Source: Dehalococcoidia bacterium (GTDB lineage Bacteria; Chloroflexota; Dehalococcoidia; Lucifugimonadales; VXLM01). From it: DNA of 64,000 bases. The notes under the pieces were generated by a model. It was not told the origin of the DNA. It saw only the letters and a list, made by a program, of their open reading frames with translations, and did not search any database. Positions 1-10,359 of the stretch are shown piece after piece (position 1 is the stretch's first letter; each line of letters starts with the position of its first letter). The position numbers were made by a program, and so were the translations under genes. The stretch spans positions 2,698,507 through 2,762,506 of the forward strand of contig OY759598.1 of the NCBI GenBank assembly GCA_963662435.1, read 5' to 3'.

Positions 1-340
1 CCCGGATCGGGCAGTCGAGGTTGACTTGCTCGGCGGCTTGAACGGCTGCGTTGTAGGTGGCGCTCAGCTTGGCGGAAACGTGGACCGACACGATGCCGTC
101 CGCGTCACTGCCCACAGACTCATAGGCCTCGACGAACTGGCCGATGGACGGCGCGGAGGTAGTGGGATGCACGGGGCTGTCCACGAGGCGCTGATAGAAC
201 TGCGCGGGGGTCATTTCGACACGATCCTTAAACTGCTCCTGCCCGAAGATGACGTTGGCGGGCACCATGGTAATGCCAAGCGAGTCGGCGATATCGTCGG
301 GAAGGTCCGAGGTGCTGTCTGTGATGATCTTGATCGGCAT
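1..340 (-). CDS. DegV family fatty-acid-binding protein (FakB-like), runs off the window edge
   Basis: Manual translation from ATG 340 gives MPIKIITDSTSDLP...PTTSAPS...SVHVSAKLSATY (DegV motifs); AAGGAG RBS; directly downstream of the DAK2 gene. Confidence 0.9.
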   Translation of the reverse strand, partial: MPIKIITDSTSDLPDDIADSLGITMVPANVIFGQEQFKDRVEMTPAQFYQRLVDSPVHPTTSAPSIGQFVEAYESVGSDADGIVSVHVSAKLSATYNAAVQAAEQVNLDCPIR

Positions 341-369
341 GATGGCTTTCTCCTTGTGATTGGGCCGCG

Positions 370-2049
370 TTACTCGATGGAGACGATGAATTCGTAGTGT
401 GGCTGGCCACCGTGATGAACATCCACTTGGAGGCCATCATACACTGCTTTCAGGGACTGGGAGGCGGAAGCGGCGTCATCGGACGACAGCATGTCGCCCC
501 AGTAGAGAGTTACGAGACCTTCCGGCGGGACTTCGGCCCTACCGATGAGATCGACGAGAACCGGGTTGAGGTCGTCGCCCGCGGTGCGGGGCTTACCATC
601 GAGCAGTGCGAGGAATTGTCCCTCGCGCACGTCGACGCCCTCGATTGTCGCGTCCCTGGCAGCCCTTGTGATCTCTCCCGATTTCACTCCTTGTCTAGCG
701 CCTTCCATTCCTTCGACGTTCTCTTCGGCCTCGGCTTCGGGGTTGAAGTCGATCAGGGCAGCGATTCCCTGGGGAATGGAGACGGTCTCGATGACGTGAA
801 CGTCCTTGCTAGACTGCTCGGCGGCCTGTTTGGCCGCGGGTACGATGTTCTTGTTGTTGGGCAGGACGTAGACAGTGTCCGCGGATGTGCGGTCTATGGT
901 TTCCAACAGGTCTCGAACGCTGGGGTTCATGGTGTTGCCGCCGGTGACCAGATGGGTCGCCCCTACGGAGCGAAGAACGTTTTCGATCCCTGGGCCCCAC
1001 GCGACGGCAACCACAGCCACACCGCCAGGCAACTCCGGTTCTGCTTCCTCAGAGTGACGTTGGGCAGCGAATTCCGCGCGCTGCGCGTCCATGTTCTCGA
1101 TCTTGACCTTGCTGAGAGCGCCGATGCTGATGCCCGTGCTGATGAGTTTGCCGGGGTCTTCTGCGTGGCCGTGGACCATTGCCATTGAGCCGTCGCCGAT
1201 CACGACGGTGGAGCCGGCGATGTCGTTCATCACGACGCGAAGGTCGTCGACATCCAGCCCTTCCGCCTCGACGACGAACTGGGTGCAGTAGCCGTACTCG
1301 TCTTCCGCGTGGGCCTCAAAGAAGTCGTCGGATACGCGTGCGGACGCCGACGGGGCAACGTCGGGTACCTGAATATCGAAGGCGGCCTCTGTCACGTCTT
1401 CACCGGCCGCGCTGCGCCTCATGCCCTCGATGATTACGGCGAGTCCCTGCCCTCCGGCGTCGACGACGCCCGCCTCCCGCAGGACCGGGAGCATTTCGGT
1501 TGTCCTGACGACGGTCTCGGCGGCACGGTCGCTCGCGCCACGCAAAGTGGTCTCTATATCGTGCCCTGCGCCCGCCGCCTCGCGGGTGGCATCGGCGACC
1601 GAGGCTATGACAGTAAGCATCGTCCCTTCGACGGGGTTGCCCACGGACTTGTAGGCGTGCTCTCTTGCCAGGTCGCAGGCACGAGCGAGGTCGTCTCCCC
1701 CACAATCTGTCCTGCCATCGAGTCCCTCGGATAAGCCCTTGAAGAACTGCGAGAGGATTACGCCGCTGTTGCCCCTGGCGCCCAAGAACGTGCCGGAGTA
1801 GAAGGCGGAAGCAACGTCGGATACGGTGGGATCGGCCAGCTTCTTCAGATTCTCGATACCACTCTGCATGGTGAGGTACATGTTTGTACCCGTGTCGCCA
1901 TCGGGCACGGGGAAAACGTTGAGCGCGTTGATCGGTTCGATGTTGCGCTGGAGTGCGGCGGCTGCGGCAGTGAACATGGCGACGAGACCGGCTCCGTCAA
2001 CACGGTCCTTGGTGTCCGTCCGGGTTGGTCTGGCGCCGGTCGCGGTCAT
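370..2049 (-). CDS. DAK2 domain protein (fatty acid kinase FakA/YloV-like)
   Basis: INALNVFPVPDGDTGTNM, GARGNSGVILSQ, VDAGGQG, YGYCTQF, GGQPHY motifs; start uncertain (2049 or 2079). Confidence 0.9.
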   Translation of the reverse strand: MTATGARPTRTDTKDRVDGAGLVAMFTAAAAALQRNIEPINALNVFPVPDGDTGTNMYLTMQSGIENLKKLADPTVSDVASAFYSGTFLGARGNSGVILSQFFKGLSEGLDGRTDCGGDDLARACDLAREHAYKSVGNPVEGTMLTVIASVADATREAAGAGHDIETTLRGASDRAAETVVRTTEMLPVLREAGVVDAGGQGLAVIIEGMRRSAAGEDVTEAAFDIQVPDVAPSASARVSDDFFEAHAEDEYGYCTQFVVEAEGLDVDDLRVVMNDIAGSTVVIGDGSMAMVHGHAEDPGKLISTGISIGALSKVKIENMDAQRAEFAAQRHSEEAEPELPGGVAVVAVAWGPGIENVLRSVGATHLVTGGNTMNPSVRDLLETIDRTSADTVYVLPNNKNIVPAAKQAAEQSSKDVHVIETVSIPQGIAALIDFNPEAEAEENVEGMEGARQGVKSGEITRAARDATIEGVDVREGQFLALLDGKPRTAGDDLNPVLVDLIGRAEVPPEGLVTLYWGDMLSSDDAASASQSLKAVYDGLQVDVHHGGQPHYEFIVSIE

Positions 2050-2157
2050 GGGTTCATTGATTCTGGTATACTGTTTCATCGTGGAACCGATGCGGATGGG
2101 CTTGGTCCCATAAGCGCCACAAGTATAGTGAACCCTTGAAAGACGGTCAATCGAACC

Positions 2158-2349
2158 ATGGCAAAGTGTGAAGTATGCGGAAAGACCGGGATGTCCGGTC
2201 ACAACGTCAGCCACTCCAAGCGGCGGACCAACAGGCGATGGTTCGGCAACGTCCACAAGACGACCATCCACGAGAACGGCGAGTCCCGCCGTGTGAACAT
2301 CTGCGCTCGCTGCCTGCGGTCGCAGTACAAGCAGTCGGTGAAGCTGTAG
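2158..2349 (+). CDS. rpmB: 50S ribosomal protein L28 (Zn-binding type)
   Basis: MAKCEVCGK..GHNVSHSKRRTNRRW..CARCLRS; divergent from DAK2, the usual arrangement. Confidence 0.97.
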   Translation: MAKCEVCGKTGMSGHNVSHSKRRTNRRWFGNVHKTTIHENGESRRVNICARCLRSQYKQSVKL

Positions 2350-2384
2350 GGACAAGCTCCGCTTGCGTCAAGGGCGTCCCCAAA

Positions 2385-2575
2385 GAGGGTGTTCGCAAAG
2401 CTGGCACAGACCCGTTCACGGTGAGCCCTTCGACAGGCTCAGGACAGGTTTGTCGAACCGTGAATTATACCAATCCGGTGTGATGACGCCGTATTTTTGC
2501 TGATTGGGCCTACTGGATTCCGGCCTCCGCCGGAATGACGAGGGCTGAACTGTGTCACGCTGAATTCACGGCATA
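2385..2575. repeat. Cluster of nested repeats: family-A arm with a 23-nt insert, followed by a family-C hairpin
   Basis: CCGTTCACGGTGAG[CCCTTCGACAGGCTCAGGACAGG]TTTGTCGAACCGTGAA at 2412-2464; CTGGATTCCGGCCTCCGCCGGAATGACG at 2513-2540 is similar to 62038-62065 (reverse strand). Confidence 0.8.
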
Positions 2576-2619
2576 GTTAGAACGGACTGTGATCACTCGT
2601 CTCGAACGGGGGGCAGCCT

Positions 2620-4320
2620 ATGCGATCCAAGGGCTGGATTTTCCTTTTCTTTGTTCCGGCCGTCGTCCTTGCTTCGTGTGGCGGCACTGATCCCGAGCCG
2701 ACGCCAGTTTCAGAGGCACCCCCTACCCCGACCGTAGTTATTCCTCCGTCGCCGGAACCGACTGTGCCAATGCCGGTGCCCACGCCGACGTTGTCGGGCA
2801 TCCTGAACGCTGTCCCGGACGCTTTTGATTTCGTGCGGGAGGGCGTGTATCGCGGGGGCGACGGAGTCGGTGGGGCGGCATGGTTCGACTATGACAATGA
2901 CGGCGACCTCGACCTGTATGTCGCCAATACGAAGACCGAGCCAAACGCGCTGTTTCGGAACGACGGGGGGGCTTTCACCGACGTTGCCCAGGAGGCGGGC
3001 GTCACGAACGGCGAGGGGAACAGCGGGGTCGCGGCCGCCGATATCAACAACGACGGGTGCGCCGACCTCTTTCTCTCCGGTGAAGGCGGAGCCATAGGAT
3101 CGCGTTGGAGTCCGCACAAGCTGTATGTCAACAACTGCGACGGGACCTTCACCGACGTGTCCGAGGAGTCGGGCATCGTCGTGCCGGAGGGCGTATGGAG
3201 CGCGGCGTTCGGGGATATCAACGGCGACGGGTTGCTGGACCTGTTCGTGGGCGGGGTGTCGGGCCTGTTCGGAGGAGTGTTTCGACCCGGTCCGAATGAG
3301 ATCTATCTGAATAACGGCGACGCCACCTTCGATCCGGTCTCGGTAACGGCCGGTCTGACGACCCAGTCCAATACCTGTGGCGTCGCCATAAGCGACTACA
3401 ACGGCGACGGGCTGCAGGACCTGTTCACGGCCAACTGCGGCGTGGCAGAGTCGCCCGAGCTCTGGAGAAGCAACGGCGATATGACCTTCACCGAGGTCGC
3501 TGGCGAGGCCGGAATCGGACGGGAGAGGGGGGTATCGGGCAGCGCCAACGACCACGCCACAACGAGAATGCTCTTCGCCGACTTCGACAACGATCTCGAT
3601 CTCGACATTCTCGCTCTCAGCTATGGCGATGTCGTATCCGGGCAAGTCCCCGATTGGATCCTGCACGGGCTCTGGGAGAATAACGGGGACGCGACGTACA
3701 GGGACGTAGCGGGCCCGGCCGGAATAATAGGACTCGGATTCGGATGGGGGGCGAGCTTCGCCGACTTCAATAACGACGGGTACCCAGACTTCTATTTTGT
3801 GGGGGGCATTACCATCCCACCCTACGATTTTCTGGGGGAAAATCCCGGAACGCTCTACCTGAACCGGCAGGACGGCACATTCGCGAAGGAAGAAGACCAC
3901 CGACTGGGCGGTCTCTTCGCATCAGGGATCGCGACGGCTGACTACGACCAGGACGGCTATCTGGACATCGTGGTGGTCACGGCCAAGTCACAGGGCGTCG
4001 GGGGTGTGCCAATCCTCCTGCGAAACCGTGGCGGAGACAATAGCTGGATTACGGTCCGGCTTGCCGGGACGGAGAGCAATCGCGACGGCGTGGGGGCGCG
4101 CGTTACGGTCACGGCAGGCGATCTGTCGTATCTGAAGGAGACTCGCTCAGGGTTCGCATTTCTGTCCACGGAAAGCCCATGGCCCACGTTCGGTCTGGGC
4201 GATCATGACGGCCCGGTGGACGTTGAGGTCGAGTGGCCGTCGGGGCTGAAGGAGGTCTTCGGGGGTCAGCCGATCAGGCAGATGGTGTCGCTGACAGAGG
4301 GGACGGGGGCTTCGCGGTAG
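2620..4320 (+). CDS. CRTAC1/ASPIC-UnbV family FG-GAP repeat lipoprotein
   Basis: Lipobox LASC, Pro/Thr linker, repeated D(Y/F/I)NNDGxxDL motifs, C-terminal SNRDGVGARV...FGLG...VEWPSG. Confidence 0.9.
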   Translation: MRSKGWIFLFFVPAVVLASCGGTDPEPTPVSEAPPTPTVVIPPSPEPTVPMPVPTPTLSGILNAVPDAFDFVREGVYRGGDGVGGAAWFDYDNDGDLDLYVANTKTEPNALFRNDGGAFTDVAQEAGVTNGEGNSGVAAADINNDGCADLFLSGEGGAIGSRWSPHKLYVNNCDGTFTDVSEESGIVVPEGVWSAAFGDINGDGLLDLFVGGVSGLFGGVFRPGPNEIYLNNGDATFDPVSVTAGLTTQSNTCGVAISDYNGDGLQDLFTANCGVAESPELWRSNGDMTFTEVAGEAGIGRERGVSGSANDHATTRMLFADFDNDLDLDILALSYGDVVSGQVPDWILHGLWENNGDATYRDVAGPAGIIGLGFGWGASFADFNNDGYPDFYFVGGITIPPYDFLGENPGTLYLNRQDGTFAKEEDHRLGGLFASGIATADYDQDGYLDIVVVTAKSQGVGGVPILLRNRGGDNSWITVRLAGTESNRDGVGARVTVTAGDLSYLKETRSGFAFLSTESPWPTFGLGDHDGPVDVEVEWPSGLKEVFGGQPIRQMVSLTEGTGASR

Positions 4321-4494
4321 GCGGGGGGATTACAATCAACAGTCGGGCTTCCAGTTACTCGATCGATGGTCGGTCAGACAAGGCGGCACGTTATTATCTT
4401 GGCAAGGTAGAATGAGGCCATAAGGATGGTTGGGAACTGCGAGTGAGCAAGATTGTGCGTAAGTTCAATCTCCGTGCTTAAAGGGAGGCAGCCA

Positions 4495-4707
4495 ATGGTA
4501 GAAGGCTATCCATATGATAGGCACTATGAAAACCCTGAAAGCTACAAGTTCAAGTTGGGGAACGTTGAAAAGCACGCTGCCGAACTGCACAAGATTGAAG
4601 CGAAGCCGAAGAGTAAGGTGCGCTCAGCGCTCCTGGCACTTCTAGCGGTTACGATTGTCCTGGGGCTGATGCTGGGAACTGCCGCTATCTGCACTTCCAC
4701 TCTATGA
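4495..4707 (+). CDS. Small hypothetical protein with a C-terminal transmembrane helix
   Basis: GGAGG RBS before ATG 4495; 70 aa with a hydrophobic C-terminus. Confidence 0.55.
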   Translation: MVEGYPYDRHYENPESYKFKLGNVEKHAAELHKIEAKPKSKVRSALLALLAVTIVLGLMLGTAAICTSTL

Positions 4708-4817
4708 CCCATGGGTAGGGGCAGAGCTTCATCGTGACCGCTGGCACATTCTCCGTTGAGAGGGTAGAAAGCAAATCTCGCAGATCTGCAAGGGTCACCT
4801 AGTTCTTATCCCCTGAA

Positions 4818-5104
4818 GGGCTGACAGGGGTAGGTATCTGCCTAACGCTCCACTCTCCATTGACCAGATAGCACCCCGGCTCTGTCATTCTGAGCGGAGT
4901 CGAAGAATCTAAAGTGTTTGTCCTAACGTAAGGCTGATATGGGAAGTTCTTGCTCTGTTTTCGCTCTTGGTCACGCTACAAGCTCGGCACTGGCTGTCCA
5001 GTCTTGCTGTTATGGATTTTAGATTCCTCGCTATACGCTCGGAATGACAGAGAGACGGGGCCGGATCATAGTTGCAAATCCGTTCTACCTTCCCCTGCTA
5101 GCCC
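4818..5104. mobile_element. MITE-like element, copy 1 (287 bp, 19-bp imperfect TIRs)
   Basis: Left end GGGCTGACAGGGGTAGGTA, right end TACCTTCCCCTGCTAGCCC; internal inverted arms at 4882-4913 and 5018-5050; colinear with 9103-9396. Confidence 0.8.
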
Positions 5105-5163
5105 TTGGAGGAAGAGGGATTTTCGAGGGGTGAATTATCCCGGTGAATCTCTGAGACAGGACG

Positions 5164-7635
5164 CTAACTCATCTCGCCGGTGAGGGTATTTTCGTAGACC
5201 TCGATGCGTTTCGCGAGCATCTCGTGCTCGGGCTTTTCGAGGGCGGGGTCGAGTTGCAACAGCTTTGTCACTTCCTCCCGCGCCACGGCGACAATGTCCT
5301 GGTCGGTGATCTTGGCGATCTTGAAGACGGGGACACCGCTCTGGCGGGTGCCGAGGTAGTCGCCGGGGCCTCGGAGGTCGAGGTCCATTTCGGCGAGCTT
5401 GAAGCCGTCGCGGAAGCTTTCGACCAGCTTGAGGCGCTCCCGCGCGGAGCCTCCAGGCTCGTCGGCGAGGAGGATGCAGTAGCTCTCGTGCTTGCCTCGT
5501 CCCACCCTGCCCCTGAACTGGTGGAGCTGTGCGAGGCCGAAGCGGTCGGCGCCGTCGATGAGCATGACGGTGGCGTTCGGTATGTCGATCCCGACCTCGA
5601 CGACGGGGGTTGAGACGAGGATGTCGAGCTCGCGGCGCTGGAAGGCGTCCATGATGGTCTCCTTCTCGCTGAGGGGCATTCGCCCGTGCAGGAGACCGAG
5701 CCGCAGGTCGGGGAAGACCTCCTTCGACAGGCGCTCGAATTCGTTGACCGCTCCCTTGACGAACTTCGTCCTCTGCGTGTCCTCACCCGGCGTCGGACGG
5801 TACGGAGCGCCTCCTTCGAACATTATCCTGGCGACGGGGACCTCTGACTCCTCGATGAAGGGCAGGACGATGAAGGCCTGCCGTCCCTCCTCGATCTGCG
5901 ACCTCACGAAGTTGTAAACGATGTGACGGCGCTCGGGCAGCTCGTACCGCGTGACGATTGGAGGACGACCCGGCGGCATCTCGTCGATGATCGACACGTC
6001 CAGCTCGCCGTAGAGTGTGAGCGCCAGGGAGCGCGGTATCGGCGTGGCCGACATGACCAGCAGGTGAGGACGCAGTCCCTTATCGCGAAGGGCCGCCCTC
6101 TGCATGACACCGAAGCGGTGCTGCTCATCCACGACTGCGAGGGCGAGCTTCGGGATATCGACGCTCTCCTGGATGACCGCGTGCGTTCCTATGACAAGGT
6201 CCACCTGTCCGGCCGCGAGCATGAGGCGCATGTCGTCCTTTACGCGCTTCGGGAGACTGCCCAGCAGCAGACCTATCGTGACCCTACGATCACCTATGGT
6301 GGCGGTCACGATGTGCGCTCCCTTTTCGCCGGAGTTAGGACCAAGCAGCAGCCTGGTGATCGTCAGGAAATGCTGCTCGGCGAGAATTTCCGTCGGGGCG
6401 AGCAATGCCGCCTGGTATCCGTTCAGCGCAGCCGCCAACATCGCGAGCGCAGCGACGACGGTCTTGCCGCTTCCAACGTCGCCTTCGAGCAGCCTGCTCA
6501 TGGGTTTGGTCAGTTTCAGGTCATCCAGGATTTCTTCCGATACCCGTCTCTGAGCGTCCGTCAGCGCGAAAGGAAGCGACTCCACGAACGCCGCAAGTTC
6601 CTGGAGGTCGGTCCTAAGGCCGACGCCGGACTCCTCTTCCTGCCAGTTCAGCTTGCGGCGCAGGACGGCCAGCTGCAGCATGAACATCTCGTCGAAGGCC
6701 AAGCGCCGCCGCGCCGCCTCCCTGGACTCAGCGGCGTCCGGGTAGTGCATCTGCGAGACCGCCGAACGCAGGCCGGGCATACCAGTACGGTGGAGGATGT
6801 CTTCGGGCAGGTGGTCTTCGATCTGCGGGAGTGCGGCGTCGAGGGCGCGCTTGACGATCCCCCTGAGCGTACGTTGATACAGCCCGTCCACTAGCGGATA
6901 CACCGGTACGAGCCGCCCCGTGTGCACAAGGTCGCCCTGTCCTCGCATGATCTCGTACTCGGGGTTCTCGAACAGCAGGCTGTTTCTGAACGCGCTCACC
7001 TTGCCACTGATGAAGATTTTAGTGCCGGGACGGAGGGTGTTGACGAGATACCCTTGATTGAACCAGGTCGCCCTGACCCCACCGGTCGAGTCGTTGAGCA
7101 CCGCGTGCGCTGACGAGCGTCGCGACCCAATCCTGCTCTGTGAAATCTCAGCAACCTCCCCGAGGATCGTTTGCTCCATCCCAAATTGGAGCTCTGCGAT
7201 CTTTCGGATATCGCCAAAGTCATTGTGTCGAAGGGGAAAGTGGTGCAGGAGGTCGCGGACGGTCTCCAGCCCCAAGCGGCGGAGCTTCGGGAGGTTGGAC
7301 TGCGTTACGCCCCTGATTCTCTCGACGCCGTCGTCCAGCTTGAGTGGAGGCGGCGGAACGGCTCGGCGCCGGGCCGCAGCGGTCTGTCTTGGCCTCGACC
7401 GCTGCCTGGTGGCGGGCAGCCTTGAAAGGACGTGGTCGGCCCATTGACCTCGCTGCTCAGGGGACAGCGTCGCGTATTCGGGTGGGTTGCCGATGATTGG
7501 AGTGAGACGAGACTTCCACTGGTCGAGAAAGCGGTCGAGACCACCCACGACGGCCTTGTCCACGAAACCCTGTTCGCGTTCCAGGTTGAGGATGCTGCGG
7601 AGAGCGTCGATTCTCTGGGTGTCGGCGTCCTGCAT
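5164..7635 (-). CDS. recG: ATP-dependent DNA helicase RecG
   Basis: RLLEGDVGSGKT, DEQHRFGV, MSATPIPRSL, QLHQFRGRVGRG, DLDLRGPGD, wedge domain. Confidence 0.97.
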   Translation of the reverse strand: MQDADTQRIDALRSILNLEREQGFVDKAVVGGLDRFLDQWKSRLTPIIGNPPEYATLSPEQRGQWADHVLSRLPATRQRSRPRQTAAARRRAVPPPPLKLDDGVERIRGVTQSNLPKLRRLGLETVRDLLHHFPLRHNDFGDIRKIAELQFGMEQTILGEVAEISQSRIGSRRSSAHAVLNDSTGGVRATWFNQGYLVNTLRPGTKIFISGKVSAFRNSLLFENPEYEIMRGQGDLVHTGRLVPVYPLVDGLYQRTLRGIVKRALDAALPQIEDHLPEDILHRTGMPGLRSAVSQMHYPDAAESREAARRRLAFDEMFMLQLAVLRRKLNWQEEESGVGLRTDLQELAAFVESLPFALTDAQRRVSEEILDDLKLTKPMSRLLEGDVGSGKTVVAALAMLAAALNGYQAALLAPTEILAEQHFLTITRLLLGPNSGEKGAHIVTATIGDRRVTIGLLLGSLPKRVKDDMRLMLAAGQVDLVIGTHAVIQESVDIPKLALAVVDEQHRFGVMQRAALRDKGLRPHLLVMSATPIPRSLALTLYGELDVSIIDEMPPGRPPIVTRYELPERRHIVYNFVRSQIEEGRQAFIVLPFIEESEVPVARIMFEGGAPYRPTPGEDTQRTKFVKGAVNEFERLSKEVFPDLRLGLLHGRMPLSEKETIMDAFQRRELDILVSTPVVEVGIDIPNATVMLIDGADRFGLAQLHQFRGRVGRGKHESYCILLADEPGGSARERLKLVESFRDGFKLAEMDLDLRGPGDYLGTRQSGVPVFKIAKITDQDIVAVAREEVTKLLQLDPALEKPEHEMLAKRIEVYENTLTGEMS

Positions 7636-7713
7636 AACTACTCACCAGAGTACCGAACCCACGAAGTTCTTGCCAAGCCGAAGGAAAGGCGTGGAATCGA
7701 CCTGGCCTGTTCC

Positions 7714-9060
7714 CTACCCCGCAGCCGAACCGACGATGCTCTCGATGTCGTCCGGCTCCTTGGGCACGGCGGCGGTCATGACGCGGTGTCCGTCGGCGGT
7801 TACGACAACGTCGTCCTCGATGCGGATGCCGATGCCCTTGAGGCGCTCCGGCGCGTCCTCGGCCTGGCTGCCGAAGTAGAGGCCGGGTTCTACGGTGAAC
7901 ACCATGCCCTCCTGTAGGACGACGGAGTCTTCGCCATCCTTGTAGACGCCCGCGTCGTGAACGTCGAGCCCGAGCCAGTGCGAGGTGCCGTGCATGTAGT
8001 ACGGGGCGTACTCCCGCTCTTCGATGATCTCGTCCATGTCGCCCTCAAGGACGCCGAGATCGAGGAGGCCCTGAATCAGGACATCGCGCGCCGTGTTGTG
8101 GACTTCGACAAACTCGACTCCGGGAGCGATGACGTCGATGGCCTCCTTCTGGGCGGCCAGCACAATGTCGTACACGTCGCGCTGCTCAGGGGTGAATTTG
8201 CCGTTGGCGGGCCATGTGCGGGTGATGTCCGCGCCGTAGTAGTCGACCTCCGCTCCGGCGTCGATCAGTAACAGGTCGCCGTCGCGGATCTCGCCGCGGT
8301 TCTTGATGTAGTGCAGAATGCACGAGCTCTCACCCGACGCGACGATGGAGGGGTAGCCGTTCCTCGGAGAGCCCAGACGCCTGAACTCGTTCTCCAAGGC
8401 GGTCTGGACGTGGTACTCACGGAGGCCGGGGCGAGTCGAACGGATCGCGCGGTCGAAGCCACTGGCCGTGATATCTATAGCCCGCTGGAGGGTGTCGATC
8501 TCTTTGGAAGATTTTTTTACTCTCATCGATCCAATCGATGCCACGGGGTCAATGATCCGTCCAAGGTAGCTCCCGTCGCGCTGGCCGCTTGAACGGCGAC
8601 TGCCGATGAGGTCGGTGACGAGACGGTCCAACCGGCGGTCGGAGCCCAGCGAGTAGTACACCGTGCCGGTCTCCGCCAGCAGTTGCGGGAGTGTTTCGTC
8701 CAAGTCCTCTACGGAGAAGGCCTCGTCGGCTCCCAGTGCCTCCTTGGCGCCGTCCACTCCGATACGCTGTCCGACCCATATCTCGTACTTCGGATCGAAC
8801 GGGTTGACGAAGAGAACATACGGCTCTTCCGCGTCCGGTCGCAGGACGGCAACCGCGTCCGGCTCGTCCAACCCGGTGAAATACCAGAACGTCGAGTCCT
8901 GCCGGTACTCGTACTCAACGTCGTTATTGCGAGTCGCGAGGTGACCGGCGGCGAGAATGATCGCCCCGTCTCCCAGCGATTCCATTAGACGCGCGCGCCG
9001 GGAGGCGAAGTCGGCCTGGGTGAATAGGGATGCCTCTGTGGTGGTTGTGGTTTCGTTCAA
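7714..9060 (-). CDS. pepP: Xaa-Pro aminopeptidase (M24B)
   Basis: YRQDSTFWYFTG, LIDAG, ADITRTWP, HWLGLDVHD, TVEPGLY, GIRIEDD. Confidence 0.93.
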   Translation of the reverse strand: MNETTTTTEASLFTQADFASRRARLMESLGDGAIILAAGHLATRNNDVEYEYRQDSTFWYFTGLDEPDAVAVLRPDAEEPYVLFVNPFDPKYEIWVGQRIGVDGAKEALGADEAFSVEDLDETLPQLLAETGTVYYSLGSDRRLDRLVTDLIGSRRSSGQRDGSYLGRIIDPVASIGSMRVKKSSKEIDTLQRAIDITASGFDRAIRSTRPGLREYHVQTALENEFRRLGSPRNGYPSIVASGESSCILHYIKNRGEIRDGDLLLIDAGAEVDYYGADITRTWPANGKFTPEQRDVYDIVLAAQKEAIDVIAPGVEFVEVHNTARDVLIQGLLDLGVLEGDMDEIIEEREYAPYYMHGTSHWLGLDVHDAGVYKDGEDSVVLQEGMVFTVEPGLYFGSQAEDAPERLKGIGIRIEDDVVVTADGHRVMTAAVPKEPDDIESIVGSAAG

Positions 9061-9102
9061 GTGGTGGCCTTTCCGACCCCGTCTCTGTATCTCTCCCCCT
9101 GC

Positions 9103-9396
9103 GGGCTGATAGGGGTAGGTATTTGACTATCGCTCCACTCTCCCTTGGCGGGGAAGCAACCCCGCCGCTGTCATTCCGAGCGCAGCGGAGCGGAGTCGAA
9201 GAATCTAAAGTGTTTGTTCCAACGTAAAGCTGGTGTAGAGAATTCTCACACTATTATCACTCTTGGTCACGATAGAAGCCTGGGACTAGCTACCTGTTCT
9301 TGCGGTTATAGATTTTAGATTCCTCGCTGCGCTCGGAATGACAGGAAGGGGCCGGATTTGTAGCTGCAATTCCGTTTTACATACGCCTGTCAGCCC
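9103..9396. mobile_element. MITE-like element, copy 2 (294 bp), inserted in a hairpin repeat
   Basis: GGGCTGATAGGGGTAGGTA ... TACATACGCCTGTCAGCCC; colinear with 4818-5104; flanks match the intact hairpin at 49476-49515. Confidence 0.8.
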
Positions 9397-9493
9397 ATGG
9401 CTGGGGAAAGATTGTGGAGTTTCGTGGGCTAGATTCTGTGTTTAGGTTAGCCGACTGGAGTTGAGTTCTGAAAGGCATTTGAAGACACCTAAT

Positions 9494-10270
9494 TTATCGG
9501 GCGACCCAGCCCGCGTCGATGGAGTAGGCCGAGCCGGTGATCGAGCGGGCAGCGTCAGAGGAGAGAAACAGGGCCAGCGATGCGACCTCCTCGGGGTCGA
9601 TCAGCCGCTTGATGGCGGCAGGTTCGAGCATGACCTTCTCGATTACATCGTCGACGGAGATACCGCGCGTCTTCGCCTGGTCTTCGATCTGCACCTCAAC
9701 CAGTCGAGTGCTCACATAGCCGGGACAGATCGCGTTGACCGTGATGCCGAACTCGCCAACCTCCAGGGCGACCGTCTTGGTCAGGCCCACAAGTCCGTGC
9801 TTGGCCGAGTTGTACGCCGACTTGTAGGGGCTGGCGACAAGGCCGTGAATCGAGGCCATGTTGATGATCCTGCCCCAGCCCTGCGCCTTCATCGCGGGCA
9901 CGAGGTACTTGATGAGCTGGAAGGGGGCGACCAGCATGACGTGCACCATCTCCGCCCACGTCTCGTCGGGGAACTCGTCGACCGGATGGATATTCTGGTA
10001 TCCGGCGTTGTTGACGAGGATGTCCACCCTGCCCTCGATGGCCAGGGCCTCCTCCGTAAGCTGTCGGGTCGCCTTCATGTCCGAGAGGTCGGCGCGAAGG
10101 AAGTGTCCCCCAAGCTCGTCGGCCGCTTCCTGCCCAACATCACGGATATCGTTGATGATAACCGTAGCGCCCGACTCCGTGTAGAGCTTTGCGATCTCCT
10201 TGCCAATGCCACTCCCACCGCCGGTAATCAGCGCCACCTTCCCGGCGACGGAGAATCTCGATTCGGACAT
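9494..10270 (-). CDS. 3-hydroxybutyrate dehydrogenase (SDR family)
   Basis: TGGGSGIG, NNAGYQ, ASIHGLVASPYKSAYNSAKHG, ICPGYV; GAGGAG RBS before ATG 10270. Confidence 0.88.
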   Translation of the reverse strand: MSESRFSVAGKVALITGGGSGIGKEIAKLYTESGATVIINDIRDVGQEAADELGGHFLRADLSDMKATRQLTEEALAIEGRVDILVNNAGYQNIHPVDEFPDETWAEMVHVMLVAPFQLIKYLVPAMKAQGWGRIINMASIHGLVASPYKSAYNSAKHGLVGLTKTVALEVGEFGITVNAICPGYVSTRLVEVQIEDQAKTRGISVDDVIEKVMLEPAAIKRLIDPEEVASLALFLSSDAARSITGSAYSIDAGWVAR

Positions 10271-10359
10271 TCGCTCCTCTCTCCTTGCACAAAAGATACC
10301 GGGCCCCGATACACATCGGAGCCCGGATTTTATCACCTCTTCAGTCCGACTGTCGGACG

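Noticed and set aside
2080..2355. N-terminal extension of the DAK2 ORF in the ORF track
   Set aside because: It overlaps rpmB on the opposite strand, so the true start is downstream. Similar over-extensions were trimmed for the ORFs ending at 9494, 17671, 26114, 37292 and 44019.
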